DNA of 45,685 nt, from positions 1 through 45,685 of the forward strand of contig JBHHVD010000011.1 of assembly GCA_046754105.1 (NCBI GenBank), read 5' to 3'. Positions 19,200-28,469 of this stretch are shown one piece after another. Origin of the DNA: Candidatus Krumholzibacteriia bacterium (lineage in GTDB: Bacteria; Krumholzibacteriota; Krumholzibacteriia; WVZY01). The notes beneath the pieces were generated by a model that had not been told where the DNA came from, ran no database searches, and saw only the letters and a list, made by a program, of their open reading frames with translations. The stretch's first letter is position 1; each line of letters opens with the position of its first letter. The position numbers and the translations under genes are program-made.

Positions 19200-21770
19200 A
19201 TGGCAGCTAAGAAAAAGAAAAAGAAAACCGCGACGGCTCCGGTCGCGCTGGACGGTTCCCTCGGCCCGACGCCTGCGCTGCGGTATCAGATCCTGGCTGC
19301 CGTGTTCGTACTCGTCATGGCGGTCTGCGTGCTGTATCCGGAACTGGTCTTTCAGAATAAGGTCATGCACGCCGGCGATGTGGAGGCCGCTGCCAGCTTC
19401 GGGACCCCGATCAAGCACGAGATGGAAGCAAAGGGCATCTACCCGTTGTGGAACCCCTACCTGTATGCCGGGATGCCGAGCTACGAGAGCCTCTCCTACA
19501 CACCGTACGTCTATCCGTTGAGCGTCGTGACGAATTTCCTCGTCAAGTACGTGGGCTTTCCCAACTTCACGTGGCTGCTGTTTCACATTCTCATGCTCGG
19601 TATCGGCGTGTGCGTTCTCCTGATGGAACGGGGGGTTCATTATCTCATAGCGGCGGGCGCGGGAGTGCTGATGATGTGGATGCCGAACCACGTGGCGGTG
19701 GGGGCACACGGCCACGGCAGCCAGGCCATCGCGGTGGCGTTCATCCCCTTCGCGCTGCTGTTGTGGGATCGATTGTGGAGGGGAAGGGGGGTGCTGATCA
19801 ATGCGAGCCTGCTCGTCATCGTGTTGGGCTTTCAAATGCTGAGAGCGCACCTGCAGATTTGCTACTACACCATGGCGCTGCTCGGCCTGCACTTGCTGTT
19901 CTTCGGCGTGCTTCAGATCCGGGACGGCTTCCGGGGCAGGAACGGGACGGAGGGAGGCCCGCACGTGGAGCTCTTCCACAAGACGATCTGGAGTGCCCGG
20001 AAGACGGCTTTGGTAAACGTTGCCGCGGCCTCGCTCGTGTTCGGCGTCGTTATCGCGGCGGCGTTGGCTTCCAGCGCGGTGCTTTTTGCTCCGGTTCACG
20101 ATTACGCCCAGTACTCGATACGCGGCGCGGCCGCGGGCGGCGGCCTCGAGTACGACTATGCCACCTCGTGGAGCCTGCATCCTTCCGAAATGCTCACGTT
20201 CGTCGTTCCCTTCTCCTTCGGTTTTGGGGTGCCGACGTACTACGGTCACATGCCCTTTACGGACTACCCAAACTACGTCGGGATCGTCGTGTTCCTGTTC
20301 GCGGTTGCGGCCACGCTCCTGGTCAAGACGCGCTACGTGCGCTTCCTGCTTTTTATCGTCGTGCTGTCAACGGTGGTTGCCTTCGGCAAGTATGTCCCCA
20401 TCCTGTACGACCCCCTGTTTCACTGGTTACCGTTTTTCAACAAGTTTCGCGTGCCGGTGATGATCCTGATCGTTCAGCAGTTCGCCATGGTGTTGCTGTT
20501 CGCCGTCGGACTCGCGGCCGTATTGCGTGTAGAACCGGCGGCGGGAAGCCGCTGGACCCTGCGAGGTTTGATCATCGCCGCGGTGATGCTCGTCGTGGCA
20601 CTCGTGACGAGGGACTATTGGCTCAACGGGTATGCCGGGGCCATTGCTCCAAAACTGAAATTTGTAAGGTCGGTGAGCGAGCAGGCCGCCTACGCCCGTT
20701 TCACTGCGGATCACCTGCACAAGGATCTCATCAAGCTCTCGTTCATACTCTTCGCTGTTTTCGGGCTGCTGCTGGCGTACTACAAGCGCTATCTCAAAGC
20801 CGCGATACTCGTCGTGTTGATAGCAGGAATCGCCACTGTCGATTTGTTTGCGATCGACCGGTACATTCTCCGCCCCCAGACGCTTTTTCCCGGCGCGCAA
20901 CGAATCATCAAGGACAAGAGCGAACGCGACCGGTTCTTGCAGCCGGACGGGGTTGTCAACTTTCTCCAGCAGGACAAGAGCCTGTACCGTGTCTTTCCAA
21001 TGACACACCCGTCGATTCCGGTGGAGCGTGATTTCAGGACGAACCGCTACATGAATTTCGGTATCTCATCGATCGGTGGCTACCACCCGGCCAAACTGTC
21101 GATATACGAGGAGTTTCTGCAAGTGCTGGGAACGGCGTTTCCCGCGGGCAACTCGGGTATCATCGACATGCTCAACGTCAAGTACCTCGTGCTGGCGACA
21201 CCGCTGCCTGAGAATCCCCTCTACAAGCAGGTGTGGGAAGGGACGAATTATCGCGGCGAACGGCGAATCGTCTACCAGAATCCGAGGGCGCTCGATCGGG
21301 TTTTCTTTGTCGACCGGTACCGGGTGGTGCCCGGGGACCGTGAGCTGGCGCTGCTCGGTTCGGGACGGGACATAGACACGTCCCGCGAGGCGCTGCTCGA
21401 CCGGCAGCCGGCGATCGAGCCGCGGTCCAGGGAGGGTGCGACGGCGAGCATACGCAAGTACGGCTTCAACGAGATTCGGATAGACGCCAGCCTTGCCTCG
21501 CCTGCTATATTGGTCCTGAGCGAGATATTCTACCCCGCGTGGAAGGTTTCCATCGATGGACGCGAGGGCGAGGTTATGCGTGCGGACCATATACTGCGGG
21601 GCGTCGCCCTTCCGGAGGGGGATCACGAAGTCGTTTTCCGGTACGATTCATCGCTTCTCAAGCGATCGCTCTCCGTGTCGGTGGTGACGTTCGTGGTCGC
21701 CTTGACCGTGCTGTTGTTTTCCCTGGCCGTCAGGATGCGAGGTGGAGGAACGTGGACGCGCTCATCATAA
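19200..21770 (+). CDS. YfhO-family multi-pass membrane protein (putative GT-C glycosyltransferase)
   Basis: PLWNPYLYAGMP, YSIRG, YATSWSLHPSE, FNKFRVP, SIGGYHPAKL, MLNVKY, LVLSEIFYPAWKVSIDG..RADHILRGVALPEGDHEVVFRY. Confidence 0.85.
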   Translation: MAAKKKKKKTATAPVALDGSLGPTPALRYQILAAVFVLVMAVCVLYPELVFQNKVMHAGDVEAAASFGTPIKHEMEAKGIYPLWNPYLYAGMPSYESLSYTPYVYPLSVVTNFLVKYVGFPNFTWLLFHILMLGIGVCVLLMERGVHYLIAAGAGVLMMWMPNHVAVGAHGHGSQAIAVAFIPFALLLWDRLWRGRGVLINASLLVIVLGFQMLRAHLQICYYTMALLGLHLLFFGVLQIRDGFRGRNGTEGGPHVELFHKTIWSARKTALVNVAAASLVFGVVIAAALASSAVLFAPVHDYAQYSIRGAAAGGGLEYDYATSWSLHPSEMLTFVVPFSFGFGVPTYYGHMPFTDYPNYVGIVVFLFAVAATLLVKTRYVRFLLFIVVLSTVVAFGKYVPILYDPLFHWLPFFNKFRVPVMILIVQQFAMVLLFAVGLAAVLRVEPAAGSRWTLRGLIIAAVMLVVALVTRDYWLNGYAGAIAPKLKFVRSVSEQAAYARFTADHLHKDLIKLSFILFAVFGLLLAYYKRYLKAAILVVLIAGIATVDLFAIDRYILRPQTLFPGAQRIIKDKSERDRFLQPDGVVNFLQQDKSLYRVFPMTHPSIPVERDFRTNRYMNFGISSIGGYHPAKLSIYEEFLQVLGTAFPAGNSGIIDMLNVKYLVLATPLPENPLYKQVWEGTNYRGERRIVYQNPRALDRVFFVDRYRVVPGDRELALLGSGRDIDTSREALLDRQPAIEPRSREGATASIRKYGFNEIRIDASLASPAILVLSEIFYPAWKVSIDGREGEVMRADHILRGVALPEGDHEVVFRYDSSLLKRSLSVSVVTFVVALTVLLFSLAVRMRGGGTWTRSS

Positions 21771-22477
21771 TTCCCACGTATAACGAACGAGCCAACATAG
21801 AGAGCGTCATTCAGAAAATCCACGGGCTCGATCGGGGCCTCGGCGTCCTGGTCGTGGACGACAATTCGCCGGATGGCACGGGGGAATTCGTCGAAGGTCT
21901 CAGCAAAAAGGATCATTCCGTTCACGTTATTCACAGACCCGACAAGCTGGGGTTGGGCAGCGCCTATATAGCGGGATTCAAGTGGGCGCTGGAGAATACC
22001 GAGGCCAGGTATATTTTCGAGATGGACGCGGATTTGTCCCACGACCCGGAGGCGCTGCCGGGCTTCCTCGAGGCGATCAAGGAAAACGACCTGGTCCTCG
22101 GTTCCCGGTACCTGCACGGGATAGCGGTCATGAACTGGCCTCTGTCGCGGCTATTCCTCAGCGTCGGGGCGAACATCTATACGCGCATCGTCACCGGCAT
22201 GCCGATCAAGGACGCGACCGGCGGCTTCAAGTGTTTCCGGCGCGAGGTTCTCGAGAGCCTGCCCCTGGACGAAATCAAGAGCGACGGGTATTCGTTTCAG
22301 ATCGAGATGAATTACCACGCGTGGAGGAGGGGGTTCAGGATCCGGGAAATCCCCATCGTGTTCGTGGACCGTACCGAGGGGTCCTCCAAGATGTCGCGTC
22401 GCATTATCTGGGAGGCGGTGTTCCTCGTGTGGAAACTCCGGATCGACTCACTAGTGCAGGTTTTCCGCAAGAACTGA
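21752..22477 (+). CDS. Polyprenol-monophosphomannose synthase-like GT2 (Ppm1/DPM1 type)
   Basis: IIIPTYNERANI, VDDNSPDGTG, KLGLGSAYIAGF, EMDADLSHDP, DATGGFKCFRR, GYSFQIEM, IVFVDRTEGSSKMS. GGAGG RBS before GTG 21752. Confidence 0.9.
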   Translation: MDALIIIPTYNERANIESVIQKIHGLDRGLGVLVVDDNSPDGTGEFVEGLSKKDHSVHVIHRPDKLGLGSAYIAGFKWALENTEARYIFEMDADLSHDPEALPGFLEAIKENDLVLGSRYLHGIAVMNWPLSRLFLSVGANIYTRIVTGMPIKDATGGFKCFRREVLESLPLDEIKSDGYSFQIEMNYHAWRRGFRIREIPIVFVDRTEGSSKMSRRIIWEAVFLVWKLRIDSLVQVFRKN

Positions 22478-22482
22478 TTCCC

Positions 22483-24594
22483 GTGGATGTCTCCGTAATA
22501 ATCGTCAGTTACAACAGCTGTTCAGTGCTGGAGCCCTGCCTCGAATCGCTGAAGCGCCAGAGCGTATTCGCCAATATGGAGGTCATCGTCGTCGACAACG
22601 CGAGCGCGGATGGAACGGCGACAAAGGTGCGCGAGAAGAATCCGTGGGTGAGGCTGATCTCCTGCAAGGAGAACCTCGGGTTTTCCAGGGGAATGAACAC
22701 CGGCATCCGGGAATCGCGGGGCCGGTATTTCCTGATTCTCAACCCCGACACCGTGCTTCGCGAGGAGGCGATCGAGAAATTGCTCGGATTCATGGAGAGC
22801 ACGCCGGACGCGGGAATCGTCGGCCCCCGGATGGTGTTTCACGACGGAAACCTCCAGTACTCGTGCCGGCGTTTCTACAACTGGAAAGTGCTCCTGCTGC
22901 GGCGGACGTTTCTCGGGAAGATCTTCCGAAGGTCGAAATCGGTGGCCGACCACCTCATGCTTGATTTCGACCACGAGAGCACGAGACAGGTGGATTGGGT
23001 ACTGGGTGCCTGTATGCTCGTGCGGCGGAAGGCCGTGCAGTCCGTGGGGCTGCTGGACGAGCGCTTTTTCCTCTATTTCGAAGACGTCGATTGGTGTTAC
23101 CGGATGCGGCAGAAGGGGTGGGGGGTCTACTACAATCCGCATGCCGTCGTGGTCCATGACTACGCGAGGGAAAGCGCACACTCTGTCATCAACCGGACGT
23201 TCGTACTGCATCTGGCAAGTTTGATCCGCTACTACGAGAAGTGGAGTTTCGTCCTGTATTTTCTCAAGAGATATCGCGAGGCCGTCAAGATACTGCTTTT
23301 CCTGGCCGTGGACGTCATCGCCTTCAACCTGGCCTTCTTGTCCGCCTACTATCTGCGGGTCATCGCGAGCGACGTATTTCCCAATCCGATTTTCCCGGTC
23401 GGAGCGTACGGAGGTTTCGTCGTCTTCGAGAACCTGCTCTTCGTGTTTACATACTTCGCCAGCGGGCTCTACCGTGTCCGACGGGACACGACCGGTGTGG
23501 ACGAGCTTTTTGACATCGGCAGGGCGATCGTGCTGGCGTCCGTGCTGCTCATGGCCAGCACGTACCTGGGGCAGATCCGCACCTACTCGCGTATGGTCGT
23601 CACGTTTCTGGCCGCGTTTTCCATACTGTACGATTGGGGTTTGCGCTCGGCCATTCGCGCGGCGCACCGGCGGCTGATCGCGCAGAAGATAGACCTGAAA
23701 AGGGTATGTATCGTCGGCCCGCCGGCCGGCGCGAGAGAACTGGAGGTGGCGTTGTCGAACGAGGCCGCCCTGGGCATGGATGTCGTCGGCATCGTCGGCA
23801 CAGGGGCCGACGAGGATGGCGGGGCGGGCCGCAGCCTGGGTGGTCTGGCGGAGCTGGGAGAGATCATCGATCGCTTCCGGGTACAGGAGCTGATATTTCT
23901 GCACGACGCCGTGCCCAGCGAGCGCCTGGCGGAGTTCGTGATGCTGGGCCGGCGGCAGGTCGTGGACGTCAGCGTCGTCACGGACTATTCGGGGCTGGTC
24001 ATCCAGCAGGCCACCGTCGGGGACCTCGCCGGCCGTCCCGTCATCGCCTATCCGAGGGATACGCGCTACGCGCTCGACCGGGCCGCCAAGAGGCTCCTGG
24101 ACGTGGTGCTGGCGGCGGTTTTTCTCTTGGTGTCGGCCCTTTTTTTTGTGGTATACTCCCTCTATGCCATGGTGCGTGGGCGGATGCCTTTCTCGAGAGA
24201 TGAAAGGCTGGGGCTGGGTGGTAAGCCCTTCATATTACCCTTAGCCGGAACCAGGAGTACGAACGGTCCCTCTGATATTGTCAACCTGCCCCTCTTTTGG
24301 TTGGTCTTAGTCGGAAGAATGAGCATGGTGGGTCCTTATCCCCTGCCGTCTCGGGACGCGGAACTGCTGGAAACCGCTGCGGGATTCCGTTTCGATGTTC
24401 GCCCGGGCGTTACGGGTTACTGGCGCGTCGGCGGAAACTCCAATGTTTCCGTGGAGAAGCTGCTGGCGCAGGACGCGAACTATACGAGAAACTGGTCTTT
24501 CGCAGCCGACCTGAAGCTTCTCGTGGTGACATCCGGCAACCTGGTGCTCGGAAAGAACAGGCGACTCGACATCGAAAGCGCGACCCGGCAATAG
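22483..24594 (+). CDS. Fusion: GT2 domain + ~4 TM helices + Rossmann-like domain + degenerate Bac_transf (monotopic phosphoglycosyltransferase-like) domain
   Basis: N-terminal SVIIVSYNS, VDNASADG, LNPD, DERFFLYFEDVDWC; TM block; KRVCIVG; KRLLDVV...MSMVGPYP...RPGVTGYW...YTRNWSFAADLKLL. Confidence 0.85.
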   Translation: MDVSVIIVSYNSCSVLEPCLESLKRQSVFANMEVIVVDNASADGTATKVREKNPWVRLISCKENLGFSRGMNTGIRESRGRYFLILNPDTVLREEAIEKLLGFMESTPDAGIVGPRMVFHDGNLQYSCRRFYNWKVLLLRRTFLGKIFRRSKSVADHLMLDFDHESTRQVDWVLGACMLVRRKAVQSVGLLDERFFLYFEDVDWCYRMRQKGWGVYYNPHAVVVHDYARESAHSVINRTFVLHLASLIRYYEKWSFVLYFLKRYREAVKILLFLAVDVIAFNLAFLSAYYLRVIASDVFPNPIFPVGAYGGFVVFENLLFVFTYFASGLYRVRRDTTGVDELFDIGRAIVLASVLLMASTYLGQIRTYSRMVVTFLAAFSILYDWGLRSAIRAAHRRLIAQKIDLKRVCIVGPPAGARELEVALSNEAALGMDVVGIVGTGADEDGGAGRSLGGLAELGEIIDRFRVQELIFLHDAVPSERLAEFVMLGRRQVVDVSVVTDYSGLVIQQATVGDLAGRPVIAYPRDTRYALDRAAKRLLDVVLAAVFLLVSALFFVVYSLYAMVRGRMPFSRDERLGLGGKPFILPLAGTRSTNGPSDIVNLPLFWLVLVGRMSMVGPYPLPSRDAELLETAAGFRFDVRPGVTGYWRVGGNSNVSVEKLLAQDANYTRNWSFAADLKLLVVTSGNLVLGKNRRLDIESATRQ

Positions 24595-24610
24595 GGACGA
24601 GATCTCTCGC

Positions 24611-27004
24611 ATGATACGCGTACAGAACAAGAAGGCGACCTGTGCCGTGATAGGCCTGTGTCTGCTCGCCGCGTCGGCGGGCGCCACCGCGGCGCAGCAG
24701 GGCGCGTGGCAGAGCCATGTCGATCCGAGCCTGATATCCGGGATCGTACTTCGGAACGGTGAGCTGTATATCGCCAGCAACGGCGGCCTTCTGATCTTCA
24801 CGCCCGCCGATTCGTCGTTCGACCAGTTCACCAGCGTGTCGGGTTTGCCGTCCAATTTTCTCACCGCCCTCGTCTTCGACAACGCGGGCAGCCTGTGGGT
24901 CGGGACGGAAAACTCTGGCGTCGCCGAGGTGGATTTCGTGGCCGCCGGCATCGACGTCAGGCCGCTTACCAGGCTTTTCAACGGATTGGCGGACGATCGC
25001 ATCACGAGCCTCACCGCCTGGGGGGACACGATCGTCTACGGCTCGAAGGTGGGCGCGGGCCTGATCGTGCAGGGGTTTCCCGGGCAGAGGTTTTTCGCCG
25101 GTAATGGCCTGCCCAGTGACGAGGTCAACGCCGTGCTGGCGGACGGCGACCGCGTGTGGATAGCGACGATGGCGGGTGTCGCGTTTCTCGACGACCTGGG
25201 TTTCATAACAGAGTTTTCGAACGGGCTGCCTGCGCCGGCGGTCCATTCGCTCGTGCGGGCCGACACCGCGGTGTGGGCGGGCACGGCGAACGGGGTAGCC
25301 CGCTTCAATCCCGCCGATAGTATGTGGGTAAGCGAGGGCCTCAGCGGCGAGCCGGTTTTCTCGATGCGCTTCGACGGCCAACGGCTTTGGGCCGGCACCC
25401 GCCAGCGGGTCTACCAGAACGACGGCAGCGGCTGGACCGCCCAAAGCGTCTTCTCCATTTATACAAAATACACGATCAACAGCAACAAGGCGGAAGTCCG
25501 TGGGCTGCAGCCGATGCCCGACGGCAGCGTGTACGTCGGTGTCTCGGAAGCGGTGGCCGAGCGCCGTGGCGGCCACCTGATATGGCTCGACGGCGTCAAC
25601 CTGAAGAATTTCCAGGTCAACGGCCCGCCGATGAACGTCATTACGCGTCTGTCGTTCGACGTGGACCGTTCGTTGTGGGCGTCCAGCGCCAGCTTCGGTG
25701 TCGGCAAGCTTCATCCCTCCGGCGTGTGGCTCAATTACAACAGCGCTTCCGGTGATGTGAACCTCACCAACCGCTTCACCAACCTCGCGTTCCTGGCCGA
25801 TTCGCAGGGGTCGAAGTGGTTCAGCACCCTGTCGTTCTCGGCGACGCCCAAACCCCTGGACGAGCTTCGCGACGGGCTCGACCTCGACGTGTCCAACGAC
25901 GTCTGGGTCCATCACTCGATCGGTTCGGGCGGTGGCGATGGACTCGGCTCGCTCAGGAACGTCGGGGCGAGGGAAGATCCAGGCGGAAATATCTGGTTCC
26001 TGTCCGACGAAGTCGAGGCGGCCGCGGGTTGGTGGGGTATCAATATCTTCAACCAGGCTCGCACGGCGTGGCGCCAGGTCAATCCGCTGACGACCGATAC
26101 GACGGGTACCAACGCCGCCATGAAGTCGGGAGATATTACCGATGTCGCGTTCGGTCCCTTCGGTGAAGTGTTCGTGGCGCTGAAGACGTTCGGTGTCCAG
26201 AGGTGGTTCACCAACGGTTACCAGGAAGCCGACCTTTTCGACCTCGGAAACGACGCGTGGCTGACGATCGGAGAGATCGGCAAGCTAAACGAGTTCTCTT
26301 CGACGGCGGATATCTTGTCGCTGGCGCTGCGTGACGACGGCGTGTTGTGGATCGGCACCAGCGCCGGTCTCTACAGGTGGGAAGGCAGCCTTCGGCCCAC
26401 GCCCATCGTCGCCGACCGCGGTTTCGGCACGGGGCTGCTCGGCAATGTAGTGCGGGACCTCGTGCTGGACCGGGACAACAACCTTTGGGTGGCGACGGAG
26501 TTGGGCCTGAACCGGATCAACTTCTTCGACGAGAGCGACATCGCTTCGTTCACGACCGCGGCGGTGTGGCAGGAGCAGTTGAGCCTTTTTGTGCCCGTCG
26601 ATGCGGTCTCGCCGATCGTCGACGCCTCGTGCAACGCGCTGGCCCTGCATCCTACGCAGAACCGGCTCTTCATCGCCACCAACGGTGGGTTGTCCATCCT
26701 GGACTTGGCCTCGCTGGAGCCGCAGGCGACGGTGCTTTCCACCGTGTACGTGTACCCGAACCCGATCCTCGCGAGCCGTGGTCACCGTACCCTCAAGATT
26801 TTCAATGTCAATTCTCCGGTGAGCGTTAGAATCTACACTCTCGAGGGGGAACTGGTGCACGAGGAGCCGAACGTCTCCAACTCGGAAGACGTGGTCTGGG
26901 ACCTCAAGACGGACGCGGGTCTGCTCGCGGCCAGCGGTGTTTACCTCGTTCGCATCAGCGACGGTTCCGGTACGCTGATCAAGCGCGTGTCGCTGATTCA
27001 GTAG
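24611..27004 (+). CDS. Secreted beta-propeller protein with T9SS-type A/FlgD-like C-terminal domain (PorZ-like architecture)
   Basis: Signal peptide; repeated GLPSN..D.GSLWVGT / LWIGT / LWVAT blades; C-terminal VYVYPNP...IYTLEGELV...WDLKTDAG..AASGVYLVRI. Confidence 0.75.
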   Translation: MIRVQNKKATCAVIGLCLLAASAGATAAQQGAWQSHVDPSLISGIVLRNGELYIASNGGLLIFTPADSSFDQFTSVSGLPSNFLTALVFDNAGSLWVGTENSGVAEVDFVAAGIDVRPLTRLFNGLADDRITSLTAWGDTIVYGSKVGAGLIVQGFPGQRFFAGNGLPSDEVNAVLADGDRVWIATMAGVAFLDDLGFITEFSNGLPAPAVHSLVRADTAVWAGTANGVARFNPADSMWVSEGLSGEPVFSMRFDGQRLWAGTRQRVYQNDGSGWTAQSVFSIYTKYTINSNKAEVRGLQPMPDGSVYVGVSEAVAERRGGHLIWLDGVNLKNFQVNGPPMNVITRLSFDVDRSLWASSASFGVGKLHPSGVWLNYNSASGDVNLTNRFTNLAFLADSQGSKWFSTLSFSATPKPLDELRDGLDLDVSNDVWVHHSIGSGGGDGLGSLRNVGAREDPGGNIWFLSDEVEAAAGWWGINIFNQARTAWRQVNPLTTDTTGTNAAMKSGDITDVAFGPFGEVFVALKTFGVQRWFTNGYQEADLFDLGNDAWLTIGEIGKLNEFSSTADILSLALRDDGVLWIGTSAGLYRWEGSLRPTPIVADRGFGTGLLGNVVRDLVLDRDNNLWVATELGLNRINFFDESDIASFTTAAVWQEQLSLFVPVDAVSPIVDASCNALALHPTQNRLFIATNGGLSILDLASLEPQATVLSTVYVYPNPILASRGHRTLKIFNVNSPVSVRIYTLEGELVHEEPNVSNSEDVVWDLKTDAGLLAASGVYLVRISDGSGTLIKRVSLIQ

Positions 27005-27020
27005 GCGGGAAGCGATCCAC

Positions 27021-28442
27021 ATGGCAAGAAGAGTGATGATAATCGGCGCCGGCGAAGCGGGCTGCATGATCGTCCGCGAGGTCGCCGCCCACCCCGAAAG
27101 TGAGCTGGAAGTCGTCGGGTTTCTGGACGATGACCCGCGGCTGCACGGCAAGACCGTGGAAGACGTTCCCGTGCTCGGCTCGAGCGACCGGCTGCCGGAG
27201 GAGGCGAAGCTCAAGCGGATCGACGAGGTGATCATCGCGGTGCCGTCGGAATCGCGTGATTTCATCCGGCGCGCGGTGGCCCTGTGCCGGGACGCGGGGG
27301 TCGATTTCAAGATCGTTCCCGGCCTCATCGAGATCATCCGCGGGTCCGTCCATCTCGACCAGGTGCGAGAGGTTCACCCCGAAGACCTGCTGGGGCGGGA
27401 GACGGTGGAGTTTGACGAGGAGATGATCGCGGGGGCGCTGGCGGGGCGGCGGGTCATGGTGACCGGCGCGGGGGGATCGATCGGAGGCGAGATATGCCGC
27501 CAGTTGGGGCGGTTCGACCTGGGCGAACTACAGTTGTTCGGCCGCGGCGAGAACCAGATCTACGAAATCGAAGAACAGATGCGCCTCGCATGCCCCGAGC
27601 TTCCCGTCCGCTCGGTGATCGGAGACATAAGGGACCGGGATGGCCTGATGCATACCCTCGAACGCATGAAGCCCGAGTTCGTGTATCACGCGGCGGCGCA
27701 CAAGCACGTACACTACATGGAGGCGTTCCCGGAGGAGGCCGTGAAGAACAACGTGTTCGGCACGGCGAACATCATCCGTGCTTGTCGCGAGGCAGGCGCG
27801 AGGCGCCTGGTCATGCTTTCCACCGATAAGGCGGTTCGGCCGATGGGCGTGATGGGGGCGACCAAACGCCTCGCCGAATATCTGATGCTGGATAACGCGA
27901 CCGGCCAGAATGACCTTCGCCTGGCCACCGTCCGCTTCGGCAACGTCCTGGGGAGCCGCGGCAGCGTCGTGCCGCTCTTTATGAGGCAGATTCACGCCGG
28001 AGGGCCGGTGACGGTAAGCGATCCCGAGGCGACGCGGTTCTTCATGACGACGAGGGAGGCCTGCATGCTGGTGGTACAGGCGTCCGTGATGGCGAAGGGC
28101 GGGGAGATATTCATCCTGCGAATGGGGACGCCGATCAAGATCATCGAGATGGCAAAGGACCTGATCGCGTTGCACGGTCTGCGACCGGAGATAGACGTGC
28201 CGATCAAGATTACCGGGCTTCGCGGCGGGGAAAAGCTGCACGAGGACCTCGTGGTCGATGGGGAAGCGCTCGAAGATTCCTCGCACGAGTACATATTGAC
28301 GGCCCACCCGGCGCTTCCCGAGGGATGGGATCTTTCATCGACGCTCGTGCGGCTGGAAGAGCTGGCACGCAGGGGAGACGGCCCCGGCATCAGGGAATTC
28401 CTGGGTTCGATCATCCCCGACGCGCTGCTCGCGCACCGTTGA
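27021..28442 (+). CDS. CapD/PglF-type UDP-GlcNAc 4,6-dehydratase lacking the N-terminal TM region
   Basis: IIGAGEAG, EDLLGRE, VTGAGGSIG, HAAAHKHV, STDKAVRP..VMGATKR (MxxxK), RFGNVLGSRGSVVPLF, GEKLHEDL. Confidence 0.92.
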   Translation: MARRVMIIGAGEAGCMIVREVAAHPESELEVVGFLDDDPRLHGKTVEDVPVLGSSDRLPEEAKLKRIDEVIIAVPSESRDFIRRAVALCRDAGVDFKIVPGLIEIIRGSVHLDQVREVHPEDLLGRETVEFDEEMIAGALAGRRVMVTGAGGSIGGEICRQLGRFDLGELQLFGRGENQIYEIEEQMRLACPELPVRSVIGDIRDRDGLMHTLERMKPEFVYHAAAHKHVHYMEAFPEEAVKNNVFGTANIIRACREAGARRLVMLSTDKAVRPMGVMGATKRLAEYLMLDNATGQNDLRLATVRFGNVLGSRGSVVPLFMRQIHAGGPVTVSDPEATRFFMTTREACMLVVQASVMAKGGEIFILRMGTPIKIIEMAKDLIALHGLRPEIDVPIKITGLRGGEKLHEDLVVDGEALEDSSHEYILTAHPALPEGWDLSSTLVRLEELARRGDGPGIREFLGSIIPDALLAHR

Positions 28443-28469
28443 CACACGAACCCCGATTCGAGCAACTAC

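Noticed and set aside
21982..22482. N-terminal extensions in the ORF track (also 11112, 16947, 21539, 31706, 34933, 39853, 41220)
   Set aside because: They overlap upstream genes in another frame; family similarity and RBS or stop-start coupling point to later starts.
24140..24147. T8 tract in the GT2/pseudo-PGT fusion
   Set aside because: Encodes Leu-Phe-Phe in a hydrophobic helix; frame intact; too short to claim phase variation.
22522..25915. Long minus-strand ORFs (22522..23904, 24410..25915; likewise 14276..15550, 32339..33583, 2691..3800)
   Set aside because: Antisense shadows of well-supported + strand genes in GC-rich DNA; no recognisable motifs.
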